Source of the DNA: Psammoneis japonica
Taxonomy: Eukaryota
DNA: 53,118 nucleotides
Assembly: GCA_008632985.1 (NCBI GenBank)
Contig: QPGO01000001.1
Location: 186,001 to 239,118, forward strand
Direction of reading: 5' to 3'
The notes below the pieces were generated by a model. That model saw only the letters and a list, made by a program, of their open reading frames with translations. It did not search any database and had not been told where the DNA came from. Below, piece by piece: positions 48,999 to 53,118 of the stretch. Position 1 is the stretch's first letter, and every line of letters begins with the position of its first letter. Both the position numbers and the translations under genes were made by a program.

Positions 48999-49926
48999 GG
49001 CAGACAAAAAAAATGGTGTCAGGACAATCAATTCTGGTTGGGAAGCGAAGGTAGACTCGAAACTTGGGTGAGAACAGACTTGACTTGAAGTGGACTTGAC
49101 TTGAAATCTTGAACTGTCTTAAAATCAGAAGTTGCCGGGCTTTGTTATCCCGTTCGTTGTCAAGTGCTAAACTTCCCATCCGGTCCGCAGAGTTGTGCCG
49201 GCACGTCCGAACCCGCAGCTGGCGGCGCTTTGGGTTGCTTGCGAGCGGAGCAGCGGGTTGTAAACCCCTGCAGGCAAGCTGACCAGAGGTGGACAAGACC
49301 CCCGAACCGTTCTCATTTTACATCGGTTGGATTTCCCGATCAGGCTGGCCAGTTGACGTGGGCGTTGGGCGCTGTGGACGAACGAACAAACGCGGGAAAG
49401 CACCCTCGCCCCAACGCAGGCTGCAATCACGGCTGCTTGCTCTCACAGTCGTCCTCGTGGACCTAGTAGAACTGTAGAGCACCAGCAGTCCGGGGTAGAT
49501 CAGGTGCAATGGACTCGGTGTGCTTGTAGAGTGGCAGCAAAACCGCAGTCCGAAGAGTGGGTACAGGTTCTTGGCCGTGAAGATATGTATATATATATAT
49601 GTCTTCAGCGACGAAGATCCTTGAATATGTAGGGTTCTTGACCGTTAACCGATGAATAGGTATATCAAGGGATGAGGATCAAGGATAGACTTGGATATGA
49701 CCGTTGAATGTATGTCTTCAGCGATCAAAGGTTGTATAATCAATCCAGATATCCAGCGGTAAGGAGACTTGACGGTGACGTTAACTTCCTGCCGATGCCC
49801 TGGTATTGAATGCGTGTAGACTTGCCGATGTATGTAGAATATATACGGAGGTCCACGTAGAATTAAAAATAGCGTCGTTGGTAAATCAACGACGACGATG
49901 GCGGTTGCTCAATGGGTTGACAATGA

Positions 49927-49941
49927 GCAAGACTGTTAATC
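49927..49941 (-). promoter_or_regulatory. Putative primer-binding site complementary to a tRNA-Asn(GUU) anticodon arm
   Basis: Lies immediately inside the 5' LTR. Minus strand reads GATTAACAGTCTTGC; plus strand GA-CTGTTAA-TC resembles an anticodon stem-loop. Confidence 0.55.
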
Positions 49942-50217
49942 TGATAGAAAATGAAGGCAAATGGCAAGAATTCAAACAATAACTCCTTACTGCTGTCCAA
50001 ATAGCAGATGAGTCTCCGCTCAGAGACCGTTACAGGAGCCGAAAGACGTGTAAGTCGGTATAATCGGGCTACTGTTATTATTCTTGTGAGCCTTGTGGCT
50101 CGAAAGCAAACTACATCGCGCGTGAACGCGCGGAACTAAAGCACACAAAACTGTGCACGGTAAACTAAACAGCGCGCGACACTTCGCGCGCACCTAAATC
50201 CTGTTCAAATCCTGTCA
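49942..50217 (-). repeat. 5' LTR (retains 16 TpA)
   Basis: Direct repeat of 43106-43381, followed by the TSD. Confidence 0.95.
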
Positions 50218-51386
50218 GTCACATTCAATTGCAGAGAGGAGTGCCAGTGTGCTGACTCAAAGGATGGACTCAGAGTTTTTGTTGCAGAAAGACCTTGGAG
50301 GCATTGAAGAAAACAAAGAAGAAAAAGGATGAGATTTTGCATGGTGACTTGTGACATCCTGTGTTCCTCCATCCTTGGTGCTTGCATGTGTTGCAGCAAA
50401 AATTTGCAAATGGTGTCTGTTGCATGAGACAATTTTTGGAGGCAACTCTGTTCATTGGCTTGCTGGAGGCAAGGAGTCTTCATTGACAATGCCGCCTGAA
50501 GCAAACCCAAATGCAAAGATGACACCCAAAATCACACAGCCATCCCAGCAACGTGTGAGAGAGAGCACACTCAACTGAAAACATCAAAAAAAGAAGCATG
50601 ACTTCCTGACAAACACTGTGTTTTGCAATCAAAACCAACTGGGACAAGTGCTCCATTCCAAAAAAATGTTGAGTCATTTGATTGACTCCTGTCACACCCA
50701 AGCAACCTCTGTGCTGTTGACATCAAAACCAAGCATCAGGGTGTCAGGCAGGCTGTCACTTCAAAAGATGGCACACATGGAATGTGACAGTGAGAAGAGC
50801 TTTCAGTTGTTCTCCAAAATTTGATGTCAAATTTGTGCAAGTCATGACTCGTGCATGACCTTTTGCATTGACAATTGTTGGTGCCTTGCTGTTGCTGACA
50901 GAGAGTGGGCTTTGCTCTTGGCAGTGAGTCCAATCATCTCACAATTGTTCACCGCCATTGTTGGTCAGCCAATTGACCAGAACAACCTGGATTTTGACAG
51001 GAGTGTCACGTGTCTTCTCTTGCAATTGAGGCATGCAACAACAATGTGTGAAGCATGTCATTTTTCTTTTGGACAAAAGCATGAGAATGAATGACAATTT
51101 TGTAGAGACTGCAGCAGAACTGGTCATGACAGACCACTGCACGCTAGACCAAATGCAGACCACGAATCTTCTTTAAATAAAATGACGTGGCAGATGAATC
51201 TTGCAACAATCTTGGTTTGCATTTGTGTGTTCATGAATGCCACAAAATGTGCTTTGACGCTTGCTGTTTGCTCATGACGTCTCTGTCACGCCAGGATTTT
51301 TGGTGAGCCAACAACAAACAACACATGCACCGCAGTGCACACAGTGGTGGCTTGCACTTGTTTGTTGTCAACTTGTCGTTTCACAC

Positions 51387-53118
51387 ATGATGTCAAACAC
51401 CAATGAAGGTTCATCTGTCCTTTTGTCCTCAGATCATGAGGCAGACAAAAGTGATGACAATGATTTGTCAAGCTCCCAGCAAGAGCTGTTGGAAAACAAT
51501 GACAATGCAATTTCTGATGCACACGGAGATGACAGTGGTGCAACTGACTCTGCTCAGTTTACCTCCTCTCAACCAGCGCTTCCACCCCCTCCCTCTCTTA
51601 AAAAGGTCTCAATGCCTTCATTTGTGAACAATTGTGGGGAGCATTCTGAAGCACACCCTCTCAAAGAGCAGAGCAAGGAACTTCTCAAGAAGAGCTGGTC
51701 AGCTGAGGATCTCACACAAGAGATCATTAAACTTGCTCCCACAGAAGAAGACATCTCCAATGCCAACAAGAACCAACGATCTCCAGATTCTTTCAAGACA
51801 AAGCGCAAGCTTGTGTTTCCTGTTGGTCGTCACTTTGCCAGCTGCAAGCAGTTGCACCAAGCTGCCATCCAGTTTCTTGACATGTGGGCCATTTCTTGTG
51901 TTCATGATGGGAAGCAAATTGTTTGTCACTTCAGTGATGCCAAGTCAGATGCGTGCAAAGAGAAAAAAAGAAAGCCTTTGGATCAATTGCAAGGCAGTGG
52001 CAGCCGCAGGTGCCAGAAGCAGTCCATGAAAGAGCAGCGCAAATGTCCATTTGTGATTCGGCACTCTCTTGTCAACAAGCATGTCAACCCTCAATTGGGT
52101 GCAACAAAACCAGGCATTTTTCACCTTGTGAAGATTGCCGCAGCAAACTGTCACCATTCTCATGACCTCAACACGGTTTTCCACCGCAAGGCAAAAGAGA
52201 CCAGTGGCAACCTCCAACCAAATCTTGCTTGTCTTGAGTCAGTGATTGATCGGATTGAGTCAAATCCATCAGTGGAGCCCAGGGAACTGCGGCCATTGTT
52301 GCAGAAGCACATGCCAGTCCATGCCTCAATGGATGCAACCTTCATAAAAAATTTCAAGCATCGTGTCCAAACATGGTTGATCAATGCAGACCCCCAGGAG
52401 CGTCAGGTTGCAGCTCAGTTTGCAGAAGACCTGGCAAAGAAATGCCGAAAGAGTGCAGCTGATGAATTCATCATCAGTGACTCAACCATTGCTCGAAAGA
52501 ATCTACATGCCATGCTTCGACGTGTGATGCAGGAGGACTCATCCACTTGGAATGCACTTCATTTTCTTGAAGCCATGAAAGAATCAAACCATGGATTTGA
52601 CTTCCGATTGATGCGTGATGACAATGGCAGACCAGAAGCAGTTTGCTGCATGAACCTTGAAATGAAACGTGACCTCAAGAGGCACAGTGATGCACTCCAC
52701 CTAGATGCTCAGAAGCGACAGCACAACAAGGCTGGTTGGCCACACATTGGTCCGGCAGTGAAGGACTCTGAGATGAAACCTCGTGCTGTTGCAGAAGGCC
52801 TCTGCCTGGAGGAGGATCACAAGCACTGTCATTTCATTCTTGAGTCCATGGAAAGCATCATGGAAAACAAGTGGCAAATCTCAGATGTTGGGATCATCTT
52901 TGCTGACCAGCACCCAACCAGTGGCTCCACACACTTTCAATGAGGTTTGGCCAAACCCTGACAATTTTGGCATTTTCCATTGTGAAAAGATGAAGGACTG
53001 CCTCCGGATAATGCTGCAGTGCAGCACAGAGGAAGAATGGGCCCATGCATTCAATGAGGCCAAAGTGCATGTTGCTGATGATGCTCAGAAAACCTGCATT
53101 CTGCGAGACATTTTCTCT
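51387..53118 (+). mobile_element. Mutator/MULE-like transposase pseudogene, runs off the window end
   Basis: GFDFRLMRDDNGRPEAVCCM...RHSDALHLDAQKRQHNKAGWPHIGPAVKD...IIFADQ resembles the MULE/FAR1 DDE core, with an upstream KCPFVIR...HHSH motif. No Tyr in the 560-aa ORF; frameshift near 52920. Confidence 0.75.

Larger units (their letters stand above)
43106..50217 (-). mobile_element. Full-length Ty1/copia LTR retrotransposon (CoDi-like), 5-bp TSD GTCAC
   Basis: Two 276-bp LTRs with TG...CA ends, and GTCAC at 43101-43105 and 50218-50222. Internal order is gag-PR-IN-RT-RNaseH. Confidence 0.97.

Noticed and set aside
49927..49941. tRNA-Asn gene
   Set aside because: Only an anticodon-arm-like 15-mer is present, with no cloverleaf. 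It is interpreted as a PBS instead.
43106..50217. Classical RIP (CpA->TpA) acting on the 5' LTR
   Set aside because: Conserved Tyr motifs and the gene/duplicate pair show that TA is ancestral. The repeats are TA-poor, not TA-rich.
51261..52943. Alternative genetic code reassigning Cys/His codons to Tyr
   Set aside because: Neighbouring host genes such as FKBP and the UBC protein use TAY for conserved Tyr normally.
1..53118. Short Cys/His/Gln-rich ORFs in the TA-free islands as metal-binding proteins
   Set aside because: Their composition follows directly from TG/CA enrichment.

Overview
This is eukaryotic nuclear DNA, most likely from a pennate diatom. That assignment is inferred from GT-AG introns, an FKBP with a bipartite signal + 'AF' plastid presequence, and a CoDi-like Ty1/copia element. 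Normal-composition gene blocks alternate with sharply bounded repeat or pseudogene islands. The gene blocks hold three FG-GAP beta-propeller membrane proteins, two CRTAC1/ASPIC-UnbV-like paralogs, a double-UBC protein, a zinc-ribbon/TerB-like protein, FKBP and a PIG-L/glycosyltransferase-like fusion. The islands hold a complete copia element with LTRs and TSD, LINE, gypsy and MULE remnants, and duplicated gene fragments; a MITE sits inside one of them. The main discovery is that the islands have been hypermutated specifically at TpA, TA->TG or TA->CA (A:T->G:C on either strand), which is the reverse of fungal RIP. The two 276-bp LTRs differ at 12 sites, all TpA, with CpGs untouched. A duplicated gene fragment and the conserved motifs of four TE classes show systematic Tyr->Cys/His, which fixes the direction of change. 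This points to a possibly undescribed repeat- or chromatin-targeted mutagenic genome-defence process. A modified-base basecalling artefact must be excluded, because many genes carry single-base indels typical of an unpolished long-read assembly.
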